A stretch of 64,000 nucleotides of DNA, taken from assembly GCA_964450735.1 (NCBI GenBank), contig CAYVDC010000007.1, positions 1,374 through 65,373 on the forward strand. The letters run 5' to 3'. Below are positions 55,582-63,995 of this stretch, in pieces. Source of the stretch: an uncultured Candidatus Saccharibacteria bacterium. GTDB taxonomy: Bacteria > Patescibacteriota > Minisyncoccia > Phycocordibacterales > UBA9973. Each line of letters begins with the position of its first letter. Within the stretch, counting starts at the first letter, position 1. A program made the translations under genes and the position numbers. The notes under the pieces are model-generated. The model did not search any database. It saw only the letters and a list, made by a program, of their open reading frames with translations, and had not been told where the DNA came from.

Positions 55582-55792
55582 AACAAATAGTAATCAAAAA
55601 TATAGTCAGTATGATTATGTTAGGAAAAAAGTGGAAAAAGAGACCATTAAGTGACTGTGGATTCTGACTAACAAAGAGCCCATTGAAAAAGAGGCCTGCG
55701 ATATACAAAGCGAGCACAGCCCAGCCCTGCCAAGTAACTGGTGTCCATCCCCAGCCATATGTTTTTGCCTTAAACCATAGTTTATCTTTCAT
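55502..55792 (-). CDS. small hypothetical membrane protein
   Basis: 96-aa ORF with two TM helices; weak. Confidence 0.3.
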   Translation of the reverse strand: MKDKLWFKAKTYGWGWTPVTWQGWAVLALYIAGLFFNGLFVSQNPQSLNGLFFHFFPNIIILTIFLITICYVTGEEPRWRWGEKDTTNTEEKNAGK

Positions 55793-55854
55793 ATATACCT
55801 ATTATAGCAAAAACCGCTTCATGTTCCCATGAAGCGGTTTTTTATAGAAAGGTA

Positions 55855-56322
55855 TTAGCCGATGTACTTTGACATAAGCAACCACGCGAGAGTGCTCAAC
55901 AAGACGACAACGAGCTGATAGCCAGCTGTGAGGCCGAACATCATCCATGAGTGTCGCTTTGACTTGCCGCTCCAAAGCGCGCCTACTGTCAAAACAGGAA
56001 CAATAAATCCGAGCCAGATAAATACTCCATACATGAGTGCGCCGAGGACTGTAAGACCACCGACGGTGATCACGAGCAATGCTGCGACAAAACCGAGGGC
56101 GTAGTACTGAGCAAATGAAACTACGAAGTTCGTAAGATAGGTAGGGATCATTGCCTTCTGCATTGCCATCATTTCAGCCTTTGAAAGGCCAGATGGCATT
56201 TTGCTGCCGATGACTTCTGCCCACTGCTTTCCAAACAATGGACCATACCAAATAACTCCGACGATCATGCTCAAGACTGCACCAGCGAGTGCTGTCAAAG
56301 CTGTAAAAGCAAAAAGTGACAT
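55855..56322 (-). CDS. hypothetical integral membrane protein (four TM helices)
   Basis: Hydrophobic ORF; WYGPLFGKQW motif unassigned. Confidence 0.4.
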   Translation of the reverse strand: MSLFAFTALTALAGAVLSMIVGVIWYGPLFGKQWAEVIGSKMPSGLSKAEMMAMQKAMIPTYLTNFVVSFAQYYALGFVAALLVITVGGLTVLGALMYGVFIWLGFIVPVLTVGALWSGKSKRHSWMMFGLTAGYQLVVVLLSTLAWLLMSKYIG

Positions 56323-56401
56323 ACTATTTTATAACTGCTTAGTTTGTAAATCTTTCACTCCGAATAAAGGCTCGGCCGAAAGTGTCTGTGCGACAAGGCT
56401 A

Positions 56402-56962
56402 TTATACACCGAAAATCGCTGTGCGGAAATTTTCTTTATACACAGGATCAAGTGCTGCTTTGATGCAATCCATAGAAAGCTCGCCCACTCGAAAATCCTT
56501 GTGTTCAGACATAACGAGAAACTCATCAAATGTTACAAGCATGGTTTCGTGAAGACGCTCCCCTGCATCGAGCTTCGGTTCAGCTATTTTTTTACAGTTT
56601 GAAGCAATCACAACGAACGTTGATTTTTCAACAGTTCCAGCGAGCACTCGAGCGCGCATGAGCCTATAGTCCTCTGCCTCATATCCTGTTTCTTCGAGAA
56701 GTTCACGCTTGGCTACGCTGATTGGATCAGTTTCTTCTCGGTCAAAACGGCCCGCAGGCAGGCCGATATAAATACCTTCGTTCGGCTGTTCTTCTTTGTG
56801 CAAATATATTTTGTCGCCAATGGTCGGAATAATGATGACATTGTCGAGCGGACGAACAGCTTCGAATGTCTTGGTTGTACCATCAAAAAGCTCCTGTTCC
56901 CATTGGTAAACATCGAAGATCACTCCTTCAAAGACTTTTTTTGCGTGTTTGGGAATTGCCAT
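56402..56962 (-). CDS. NUDIX hydrolase (ADP-ribose pyrophosphatase-like)
   Basis: Nudix box GRFDREETDPISVAKRELLEETGYE. Confidence 0.8.
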   Translation of the reverse strand: MAIPKHAKKVFEGVIFDVYQWEQELFDGTTKTFEAVRPLDNVIIIPTIGDKIYLHKEEQPNEGIYIGLPAGRFDREETDPISVAKRELLEETGYEAEDYRLMRARVLAGTVEKSTFVVIASNCKKIAEPKLDAGERLHETMLVTFDEFLVMSEHKDFRVGELSMDCIKAALDPVYKENFRTAIFGV

Positions 56963-57000
56963 ATGCTGCTATGATACGTTTTCTAATAAAAAATGCAAAA

Positions 57001-57597
57001 TTACTGATCGCCGTATTTTTTTGAAATTTCTCCGAGCACCAACATTATTTCTTCTTTGTGGTCGACAAAATCGATCTCTTTTGCAGCAAGCTTGTTCGCA
57101 AATGTTTTCCAATGCATGAGGTCTAGTCCTGCTGTATCGCGTTTATCAAGTTCAAGATCATTCTCATTCAAATCATGTTCGATCAAGTATACAGAAACAA
57201 ATTGCTTGCCGATCTTTCCATCATATCTAGTCTCTAGCTGCTTTATGATTCCAATTTTTCTAAACAGCGATTCGTCGATCGTGATCCCCAGTTCTTCTGA
57301 TAATTCGGTTTTGACTGCATCCATCTCTGTCTGATCCCCATCAACATATCCCCCAAATGATTCTGCCCACTTGCCGGGATTATTCATGACATGCATCGAG
57401 CGCTGTACCAGATATAATTCCCCTTTTGAATTGATGATCCATGCGTGAACTGATTTGCACCACAATCCTTGGTTGACGGCGTCATCAATCGTTCCCATTC
57501 CAACGAGTATGCGATCTTCATTGTAAATGCCAACCGGAGTGCGGCTCAGCACCACTTCGTTTCCAGCTATTATGATTGTTTCTGGTTGTTCTTCCAT
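57001..57597 (-). CDS. NUDIX hydrolase (start placed at MEEQPETIII; the longer ORF in the track would overlap the tRNA)
   Basis: Nudix-like box GGYVDGDQTEMDAVKTELSEELGI (Arg replaced by Thr). The in-frame ATG at 57597 sits immediately before the tRNA-Leu 3' end. Confidence 0.7.
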   Translation of the reverse strand: MEEQPETIIIAGNEVVLSRTPVGIYNEDRILVGMGTIDDAVNQGLWCKSVHAWIINSKGELYLVQRSMHVMNNPGKWAESFGGYVDGDQTEMDAVKTELSEELGITIDESLFRKIGIIKQLETRYDGKIGKQFVSVYLIEHDLNENDLELDKRDTAGLDLMHWKTFANKLAAKEIDFVDHKEEIMLVLGEISKKYGDQ

Positions 57598-57598
57598 G

Positions 57599-57682
57599 TG
57601 CTGGGAGGGAGACTCGAACTCCCACGGCCTTGCGGCCACTTGCACCTGAAGCAAGCGCGTCTACCAATTCCGCCATTCCAGC
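57599..57682 (-). tRNA. tRNA-Leu (anticodon CAG), type II with long variable arm; CCA not encoded
   Basis: Revcomp GCTGGAATGGCGGAATTGGTAGACGCGCTTGCTTCAGGTGCAAGTGGCCGCAAGGCCGTGGGAGTTCGAGTCTCCCTCCCAGCA: 7-bp acceptor stem, D arm, anticodon loop TTCAGGT, variable stem-loop GGCCGCAAGGCC, T arm GGGAG-TTCGAGT-CTCCC. Confidence 0.8.
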
Positions 57683-57738
57683 ATTTGTTAGTGCAAACTA
57701 TACCGTATTTGCGGGCTCTTTGCTAGGCAAAGAAATAC

Positions 57739-57769
57739 AAAAGGCCGCCGGCGTAGCCGGCGGCCTTTT
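57739..57769 (-). terminator. Rho-independent terminator downstream of RRM-protein gene
   Basis: AAAAGGCCGCCGGC-gtag-CCGGCGGCCTTTT; on the minus strand it is followed by TTTTGTATTTC. Confidence 0.6.
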
Positions 57770-57780
57770 GCTTCACGACA

Positions 57781-58053
57781 TTAGAATCGGCGAGGTGCGC
57801 CTTCTTCCTTTGGACGTGCAACAGCGACATGAATCATGCGGCCATCGAGTTCTTTGCCGTCAAGCATTGAAATCGCATTGTCCGCTTCTTCATCAGAAGC
57901 CATTTCAACAAAGCCGAAGCCGCGTGAGCGACCTGATACTTTGTCCATGACTACTGAAGCGCTGGAAACAGTTCCTGCAGCTGCGAAAGCATTGCGGAGG
58001 CTGTCATCGTTTGTAGCCCACGCGAGTGAGCTAACATAGAGTTTTTTTGCCAT
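57781..58053 (-). CDS. RRM-type RNA-binding protein
   Basis: RNP-2 LYVSSL and RNP-1 RGFGFVEM; ~90 aa with Gly/Arg-poor short tail. Confidence 0.8.
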   Translation of the reverse strand: MAKKLYVSSLAWATNDDSLRNAFAAAGTVSSASVVMDKVSGRSRGFGFVEMASDEEADNAISMLDGKELDGRMIHVAVARPKEEGAPRRF

Positions 58054-58069
58054 TGTTCAAATAGATACA

Positions 58070-58108
58070 AACTGGTTATCTCGACCGTACTTTTGCCGCA
58101 AACCGGGA
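58070..58108 (-). promoter_or_regulatory. hairpin in 5' leader of RRM-protein gene
   Basis: CTCGACCGT...ACGGTCGAG 9-bp stem with inner CCG/CGG pairing, 17-55 nt upstream of the start codon. Confidence 0.35.
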
Positions 58109-58236
58109 AACGGTCGAGCCCAAATACAGTGGTATTTAATCATATACGAGATGAAAAGTAAATAAAGAAAAAATCAAAGAAAAATGCCTGGAACACAAAG
58201 TGCCCAAGCATATAAAAAAAAATAAATAGCAGTTAA

Positions 58237-59961
58237 TTATGGGAGAGAGTCCCAAAACAATTTAAAATTTCTGGAACTAGCCAGTTTGCCACGATCGCGA
58301 GCAAATATAAATCTCAAGCTTGTGCTGGTACCGTAGTTCACGTCAAAATCCAGGCTTACGGTGTGCCAACCTGGTCCTACCGTACAAAGTCCGGAAAGTG
58401 CAGTATTAGGAAAAAGACTTTCTTCCACTCTATACTCTGTACCATTAAAAGCCACAGAAGTATCTCCATACAATTCACCCTGGATCCTAACGTGGAATTT
58501 ACCTGCAGGGATTGATTGGCTTATTGCACTCGCAAATGAATGCGGTGCATTAGTTGTGTCTCGGTCAATTTGAGCGAGACTTAATTTTACTCCATGAATA
58601 GGAGTAAAACCTGTTGGACCAGTGGGGCCAGTTGGGCCTCCACCTGAACCAGTTGCACCAGGTATACCTTGAGGTCCAGTTGCACCTGTGTTTCCGGCAA
58701 TTCCTTGCGGGCCAGTATCTCCAGTCGGACCATTTTGGCCATTGGTACCATTCGTACCTGAGGGACCTTGTGGGCCGGTTGGACCGGTTGGACCAGTAGC
58801 ACCAAAACCTGTAGGTCCGGTGTTTCCTTGTAAACCAGTTGCTCCCGTTGCACCAACTAAACCCTGAATGCCTTGCAATCCTGTTGCACCGGTAGGACCA
58901 GTGTTTCCAGAAACGCCTTGTGCACCAGTTGCTCCTTGTAAACCTGTTGCTCCAGTGTTGCCGATTAAACCTTGTGGTCCAGTATTTCCGGTTGCGCCTT
59001 GAGTGCCGCTAATTCCGGGAATGCCTTGAGGTCCAGTTACACCTTGTGCTCCCTGCAAACCAGTAGCTCCTGTAGCTCCAATCAAGCCTTGTGGGCCAGT
59101 GGGGCCAGTTGCGCCGCCACCTGCACCAGTCGGTCCTTGTAAGCCTGTAGGGCCAGTTGCTCCAGTAATACCAATTCCAGTTACGCCAGGTAATCCTGTC
59201 GAACCTGTAATTCCAGGAATACCCTGAGCACCGGTTGGACCGGTTACTCCTTGCAAACCCGTTACTCCACTTGCACCAGTAGGCCCTTGAAGCCCTAAAG
59301 CTCCTTGGGGTCCCGTTGGGCCAGTTATGCCAGTAGTACCTTGCAAACCTTGTGGTCCAGTATTTCCGGTTGCGCCTGTAATTCCCTGCGGGCCAGTAGT
59401 TCCATTAAGACCAGTTGAACCAGTTGCGCCGCGAGCACCAACAGTGCCGTTTAATCCTTGGACGCCAGCAGGTCCGGTTACACCGGGTATACCTTGCGGG
59501 CCAATTTGGCCTGCTGGGCCAGTTGCGCCAGTCGGGCCAGGATTATCAGCATACAAAGCACGAGCTGCATAAAGTGAGTATGGTACGCTCTCTAACTTGG
59601 TCGAACCCATATTGATATATGCAGTACCGCCGTTAGGATCAAGCTCAACTAGTAAATACACATCTGCTCCACCCCATGGAATGGTTGGAAAATCATATCG
59701 TGTATCAGTTGGCATGCCGCTGCCGATAACATGCGTAAACAGTCCGAATCGGTTGGTAGTCGCTGTATCAGTCTCCTGATACAATGGAAAACCATTGTTA
59801 ACGCGGTGCGTGAGGGTAAGTCGAAAATTTACAAGACGGCCAGCAAGCGCATTTCCGGAAGCGTCCCGGGCAATGGCTTGGTAATTGATGCCTTGCGGTG
59901 CCTGTGCATCCGCCACTAAAGTCATCAACGCAATAAGCGTGAGTAGTATGGTTGTTTTCAT
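58237..59961 (-). CDS. collagen-like triple-helix repeat protein with signal peptide and N- and C-terminal globular domains
   Basis: Signal peptide [21 protein letters not shown]. About 100 uninterrupted Gly-X-Y triplets ([25 protein letters not shown]...) rich in Thr/Gln/Pro. The ~125-aa C-terminal non-collagenous domain may be C1q/TNF-like. Confidence 0.8.
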   Translation of the reverse strand: MKTTILLTLIALMTLVADAQAPQGINYQAIARDASGNALAGRLVNFRLTLTHRVNNGFPLYQETDTATTNRFGLFTHVIGSGMPTDTRYDFPTIPWGGADVYLLVELDPNGGTAYINMGSTKLESVPYSLYAARALYADNPGPTGATGPAGQIGPQGIPGVTGPAGVQGLNGTVGARGATGSTGLNGTTGPQGITGATGNTGPQGLQGTTGITGPTGPQGALGLQGPTGASGVTGLQGVTGPTGAQGIPGITGSTGLPGVTGIGITGATGPTGLQGPTGAGGGATGPTGPQGLIGATGATGLQGAQGVTGPQGIPGISGTQGATGNTGPQGLIGNTGATGLQGATGAQGVSGNTGPTGATGLQGIQGLVGATGATGLQGNTGPTGFGATGPTGPTGPQGPSGTNGTNGQNGPTGDTGPQGIAGNTGATGPQGIPGATGSGGGPTGPTGPTGFTPIHGVKLSLAQIDRDTTNAPHSFASAISQSIPAGKFHVRIQGELYGDTSVAFNGTEYRVEESLFPNTALSGLCTVGPGWHTVSLDFDVNYGTSTSLRFIFARDRGKLASSRNFKLFWDSLP

Positions 59962-60049
59962 AAAATATAATTGAGTATGTTGTTTTAAAATAAGTGTATT
60001 TCGTTCAGAGTGGCTGTGTTCAGACAGTTGCTTCGTATCGTAGCATTTA

Positions 60050-60079
60050 TTGACAAAAAGTCAAAAAATCGTTATAACG
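60050..60079. repeat. 30-nt perfect palindrome (nested with TTGACAAAAAGTCAA) between fibre paralog 3 stop and collagen-like gene start
   Basis: GTCAAAAAATCGTTA|TAACGATTTTTTGAC; AT-rich stem, so it could be a terminator or a protein-binding operator. Confidence 0.45.
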
Positions 60080-60109
60080 ATTTTTTGACTTTTTGATGCA
60101 GTTATTAGG

Positions 60110-62494
60110 CTATTCAACGGTTGGCTCGATGACTGGTGGATTATTCCCTTCTTCTGGCGTTGTAGGTTCTTGCGGCGCGACTGGTTCCTCGCTCGGAGGA
60201 GGCACGTCTTGTACGACTGGTTCCTGCGGTGGTGGTGGTAATTGACCTTGATAATTTGCTCCGCCAGCAATACCGTTTTTATCAAGAAGCTCGTTGAACT
60301 GGGCTTCAGTGATACAACGTTCTCCAACACAAATCTGATCTTTTGCTTTGATAGTACCGGCTACAATTTTCACAATACCGTTTGCTTGATTGCCGAGCCA
60401 ATCTCCCAATTTGTGGGCAAATGCGGTGTCGCTTGCATCAAAATTCTCAATGCCTTTTATTTTCAGATTAAGTTCTTTTATTCCCTCAGCAAGAACTGGG
60501 GTGATGTTTGCATAATTTACCGCGAGCATTCCATCAGCATTTTGAGAAATCAACTCTGGGAAGAATTGCTGAATGTTCTGAGCGATAAAACCGATGTGGT
60601 TCTGAGTAAGATCATCGCCTGAGTTCCATTTGTATTTGACCGTTCGAAGCTGATCGATCAGCTCAAGCGTATTGTTTGGAAGTGGAACAATATCGGTCTT
60701 CAAACGTTCATCAGAAGAACAGCTTACGCCCGAACCAACTACGATCGAACAGCTGTTGCCGATTCCGCCGTTGAAAACGATTTGGTTAATTCGGAAAGTC
60801 GTCGAGCCCAACATGAGCTCATTGGACGCATTATTTATAGCACCAGTACCGAGAGCGATGCTATTTGAAAATCCGCCAGTATTTGTGTCCTCACCGATCA
60901 AAATAGATGTTTGACCTCTCGTACTAGTAAGTACTGTTCCTGTTGCTCCATTTCCTACTCCTGTAATAGTTTCTCCATTTACGTATAGCACGGTTGTTGA
61001 GTTAGCAAACGTCAGTGTCGTACCATTAACAGAAACTATGACATTGCTAGCCCCCGATATTGATCCGAGTACTGTGTCGCCCGGAACGAAAGTTCCTGAT
61101 CCTGGAGTAAACGTAACCGTTGTAAGGGTGTTATTTATAGTATCAGAATAGCCGGCGTTTCTACCGATAAAGATCGAGTTGCGAGCAGTAGCCGCGGCCG
61201 ATCCTGCATTCATACCAATGAACATGGAGCCACCAGCTGAAGTAGCGCTTTTACCGGAATTTTCTCCAATAAAGATTGCCTGCGATGCACCTGTAGCATT
61301 TAAACCCGATTGATTACCAAAGAAAAATGAATGTGAGGCATTTGTTGCTCCTTTTCCGGCATAGATACCGACATATGTTGAGTCGTTGGCATTGGTTGCA
61401 TTCATACCGGCTTCAAATCCGATGATTGTTGTTCCGCTGGCATTTATTGCGTCCATACCGGCCCGAGCACCAAGAAATGTCGAAGAATAAGCACCTTCTC
61501 CGCTTGTTATAGAACCAGGAGAATATCCACTCATGTAGCCTGCGCGATACCCAATGAATGTTGAAACTGTTGCGAGATTTGCTTTATATCCTGATTCCGC
61601 TCCCAAGAAAGTTGATTGAGCTGCTCCTGATGCTCCATATCCCGCTTGGTAACCAATAAAATTTGAGCCTCCACTAAACCCCAAACCATTGGCGGTTGGT
61701 CCAAGAAAATCCGCAGTGCTTTGAGCATTGTATCCTGCCTGATACCCAAACAGGTTGGAATTATTCGCACCTTCAGCTCCCACCAATGCTGGACCTGCTC
61801 CTGCTTCATATCCAAAAATATTTGAGTCGTGAGCATTGTCCGCTCCATCACCGGCGCGGTATCCGAAGAAGTTAGAATTAAAAGCACCAGTCGCTGTATT
61901 TCCAGCAAGGGCGCCGACAAAGTTTGAATACGTTGCATCAGTTGCTCCAAAACCTGCGCGGTCACCGAAGAAAGTAGAGAATGCTCCGTTCACCGCGTCC
62001 TCACCCGCTCTGTTTCCGAAGAAGTTTGCATTGTTCGCTTCGCTTGCTCCGCAACCAGCGCGAAATCCGAAAAAGTTTGCATCGTTGGCGTTGATTGCGT
62101 TACAACCAGAAAGCTCGCCGAAATAGTTCGAGTGGTCAGCGTTCGTTGCGTTAAGTCCTGCGTTGGTACCAATGAAATTCGAGAAGCCAGCATTGTCAGC
62201 ATTCAAGCCTGCGTTGATACCAATAAATACTGTGTTGTCTTGTGAACCACCACTATCTCCGGCTCCATTTCCAAGCCATGTGTAGCTGCCTGTAGTAACC
62301 AGATAGTAGGGGTCAACAACGCAGTCAGTTGATTGCGGAGCGCAGCCCGGATTGAGAATACTATCGTTACCTGCTGAATATCCTCCTGTTGGAGGCAAAG
62401 TGCCATCTGGTAATTGTGCTGCAAAAACAACAAAGCCGTAGCCGATAATGGAAAGAATCGTTATAGAAAAAGTAAGAAGTTTTTTCGAGAACAT
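60110..62494 (-). CDS. secreted fibre-like surface protein, paralog 3 (same N-module and S74 domain; central region of ~14-residue Asn/Ala/Gly/Phe periodic repeats)
   Basis: N-module LSIIGYGFVVFAAQLPDGTLPPTGGYSAGNDSILNPGCAPQSTDC. Repeats ..NANFFGNRAGEDAVNGAFSTFFGDRAGFGATDATYSNFVGALAG.. S74 block SSDERLKTDIVPLPNNTLELIDQLRTVKYKW...IGFIAQNIQ...PVLAEGIKELNLK. Tail PPPPQEPVVQDVPPPSEEPVAPQEPTTPEE. Confidence 0.75.
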   Translation of the reverse strand: MFSKKLLTFSITILSIIGYGFVVFAAQLPDGTLPPTGGYSAGNDSILNPGCAPQSTDCVVDPYYLVTTGSYTWLGNGAGDSGGSQDNTVFIGINAGLNADNAGFSNFIGTNAGLNATNADHSNYFGELSGCNAINANDANFFGFRAGCGASEANNANFFGNRAGEDAVNGAFSTFFGDRAGFGATDATYSNFVGALAGNTATGAFNSNFFGYRAGDGADNAHDSNIFGYEAGAGPALVGAEGANNSNLFGYQAGYNAQSTADFLGPTANGLGFSGGSNFIGYQAGYGASGAAQSTFLGAESGYKANLATVSTFIGYRAGYMSGYSPGSITSGEGAYSSTFLGARAGMDAINASGTTIIGFEAGMNATNANDSTYVGIYAGKGATNASHSFFFGNQSGLNATGASQAIFIGENSGKSATSAGGSMFIGMNAGSAAATARNSIFIGRNAGYSDTINNTLTTVTFTPGSGTFVPGDTVLGSISGASNVIVSVNGTTLTFANSTTVLYVNGETITGVGNGATGTVLTSTRGQTSILIGEDTNTGGFSNSIALGTGAINNASNELMLGSTTFRINQIVFNGGIGNSCSIVVGSGVSCSSDERLKTDIVPLPNNTLELIDQLRTVKYKWNSGDDLTQNHIGFIAQNIQQFFPELISQNADGMLAVNYANITPVLAEGIKELNLKIKGIENFDASDTAFAHKLGDWLGNQANGIVKIVAGTIKAKDQICVGERCITEAQFNELLDKNGIAGGANYQGQLPPPPQEPVVQDVPPPSEEPVAPQEPTTPEEGNNPPVIEPTVE

Positions 62495-62604
62495 CAGTGC
62501 ACTTAGTATACCAAAAAACCTATATTCCGCATAGAAAAATCCTCTCTTTGTGGGGATATTTCTATAAGTAAATCCAACTACCGTAACCCGCTTCTGCGGG
62601 CGAA

Positions 62605-62693
62605 GGCGGAGAGAGGGAGATTCGAACTCCCGATACCATTTCTGATATACAACCTTTCCAGGGTTGCCGTTTCAACCGCTCACGCATCTCTCC
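62605..62693 (-). tRNA. tRNA-Ser (anticodon GGA), type II
   Basis: Revcomp GGAGAGATGCGTGAGCGGTTGAAACGGCAACCCTGGAAAGGTTGTATATCAGAAATGGTATCGGGAGTTCGAATCTCCCTCTCTCCGCC: perfect 7-bp acceptor stem, anticodon stem CAACC/GGTTG, loop CTGGAAA, long variable arm, T arm GGGAG-TTCGAAT-CTCCC. Confidence 0.8.
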
Positions 62694-62721
62694 AATGCAT
62701 AGTACCTTACTATGATTTCAT

Positions 62722-63612
62722 TTATTTTCCAAGAAGCGCCTTGATGCGATCTTCGACTCGTGGATGCGTAGCGAACAATGAACTAACATGTTTTGCGAAT
62801 TTACCTGAACCTTCTGGGTTAGCAAGATACAAGTGCGCGATCGCTGAAGACTGTCGCTGCATAGGCTTGCCGTATTCGCCGATTTTTTTGAGAGCGCTTG
62901 CCAATCCTTCTGGATAACGAGTAAGCAGAGCACCGGAAGCGTCAGCCAAATATTCACGCTTTCGAGAAATCGCAAGTTGAATGAGCATTGCAAAAATTGG
63001 TGCGAGAATTGCAAGAACAATCCCTACAACCATGAGCAATCCCCCACCTTCACGATTGTCACGATCACGGAAACCAAAAAGCTGCGAGCGCAAAAAAATA
63101 TCAGCAACGATAGAAACAAAACCTGCAAGCACAACAGCAACAGTCGAAACAAGCATGTCTCGATTGCCCACGTGAGAAAGTTCATGAGCCAAAACACCCT
63201 CGAGTTCTTTTCGTTCCATAATCTGTAGTAGTCCAGTAGTCACTGCAACCGCTGCATGTTTTGGATCTCTTCCGGTTGCAAATGCGTTTGGGGATGGGTC
63301 GGTGATGACGTAAATCTTTGGGACTGGAAGTCCGGCGGTAATAGAAAGATTTTCGATGATATTATGTAAGTCAGGAAACTGTGCTTTGAGAGCAAGTTTG
63401 GCACCGGAAAGTGAAATCACAACTTTGTCTGAAAACCAGTACGCCGTAATATTCATCACGATAGAAAATACAGCGAACCCGATTAGAATGCTTGGATTGC
63501 CGTAATAGTAGCTAAAGAACCAGCCAAGGCCGATAACTATGACTAAAAAGGTGGTCATGAGGAGCCACGTTTTGGTGATATTTGAAGATTGATGGGTATA
63601 TAAAGTAGCCAT
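62722..63612 (-). CDS. htpX: zinc metalloprotease HtpX (peptidase M48)
   Basis: HEXXH (LAHELSHVGNRD), four TM helices, N-terminal region MATLYTHQSSNITKTWLL typical of HtpX. Confidence 0.85.
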   Translation of the reverse strand: MATLYTHQSSNITKTWLLMTTFLVIVIGLGWFFSYYYGNPSILIGFAVFSIVMNITAYWFSDKVVISLSGAKLALKAQFPDLHNIIENLSITAGLPVPKIYVITDPSPNAFATGRDPKHAAVAVTTGLLQIMERKELEGVLAHELSHVGNRDMLVSTVAVVLAGFVSIVADIFLRSQLFGFRDRDNREGGGLLMVVGIVLAILAPIFAMLIQLAISRKREYLADASGALLTRYPEGLASALKKIGEYGKPMQRQSSAIAHLYLANPEGSGKFAKHVSSLFATHPRVEDRIKALLGK

Positions 63613-63624
63613 AGGATGTAGTAT

Positions 63625-63650
63625 ATCACAATCAAAAACCTCCCATATAT
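63625..63650. terminator. bidirectional terminator
   Basis: AAAACCTCCCATATATGGGAGGTTTT. Confidence 0.55.
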
Positions 63651-63680
63651 GGGAGGTTTTATCTGTATCTGGATATTATT

Positions 63681-63995
63681 TTATAGTGCCGGCGTTGTGG
63701 CCGCTGCCCGCTCTGGCATATAGACGCTGTCACCCAATCCGAGTATGGGATAGAAGATGAACGGAACGAAGAGCAATCCAACAGTGAACCAGCCACCGTG
63801 TCCGAACTTGATTGAAAGCTGGTGGGTAATGATGATATAGATCACTATGTTTACGATTGGAACAAGCAAAAGCAAAATCCACCATCCCGGCTTGCCGGTG
63901 ATCTTGATGAGGATATAGGTGCTGTAAATTGGAATGATTGCTTCCCACCATGCGTGATTCGCTTTCTGGAAAATGCGAATACGCGCATACACCAT
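63681..63995 (-). CDS. hypothetical small membrane protein (N-terminus may extend beyond the window)
   Basis: ORF with three hydrophobic helices; reaches the right edge of the window. Confidence 0.35.
   Translation of the reverse strand: MVYARIRIFQKANHAWWEAIIPIYSTYILIKITGKPGWWILLLLVPIVNIVIYIIITHQLSIKFGHGGWFTVGLLFVPFIFYPILGLGDSVYMPERAAATTPAL

Noticed and set aside
57001-57654. Longer form of the last Nudix ORF extending over the tRNA-Leu
   Set aside because: The extension would overlap the tRNA gene. The in-frame Met at 57597, immediately before the Nudix fold begins, is the plausible start.
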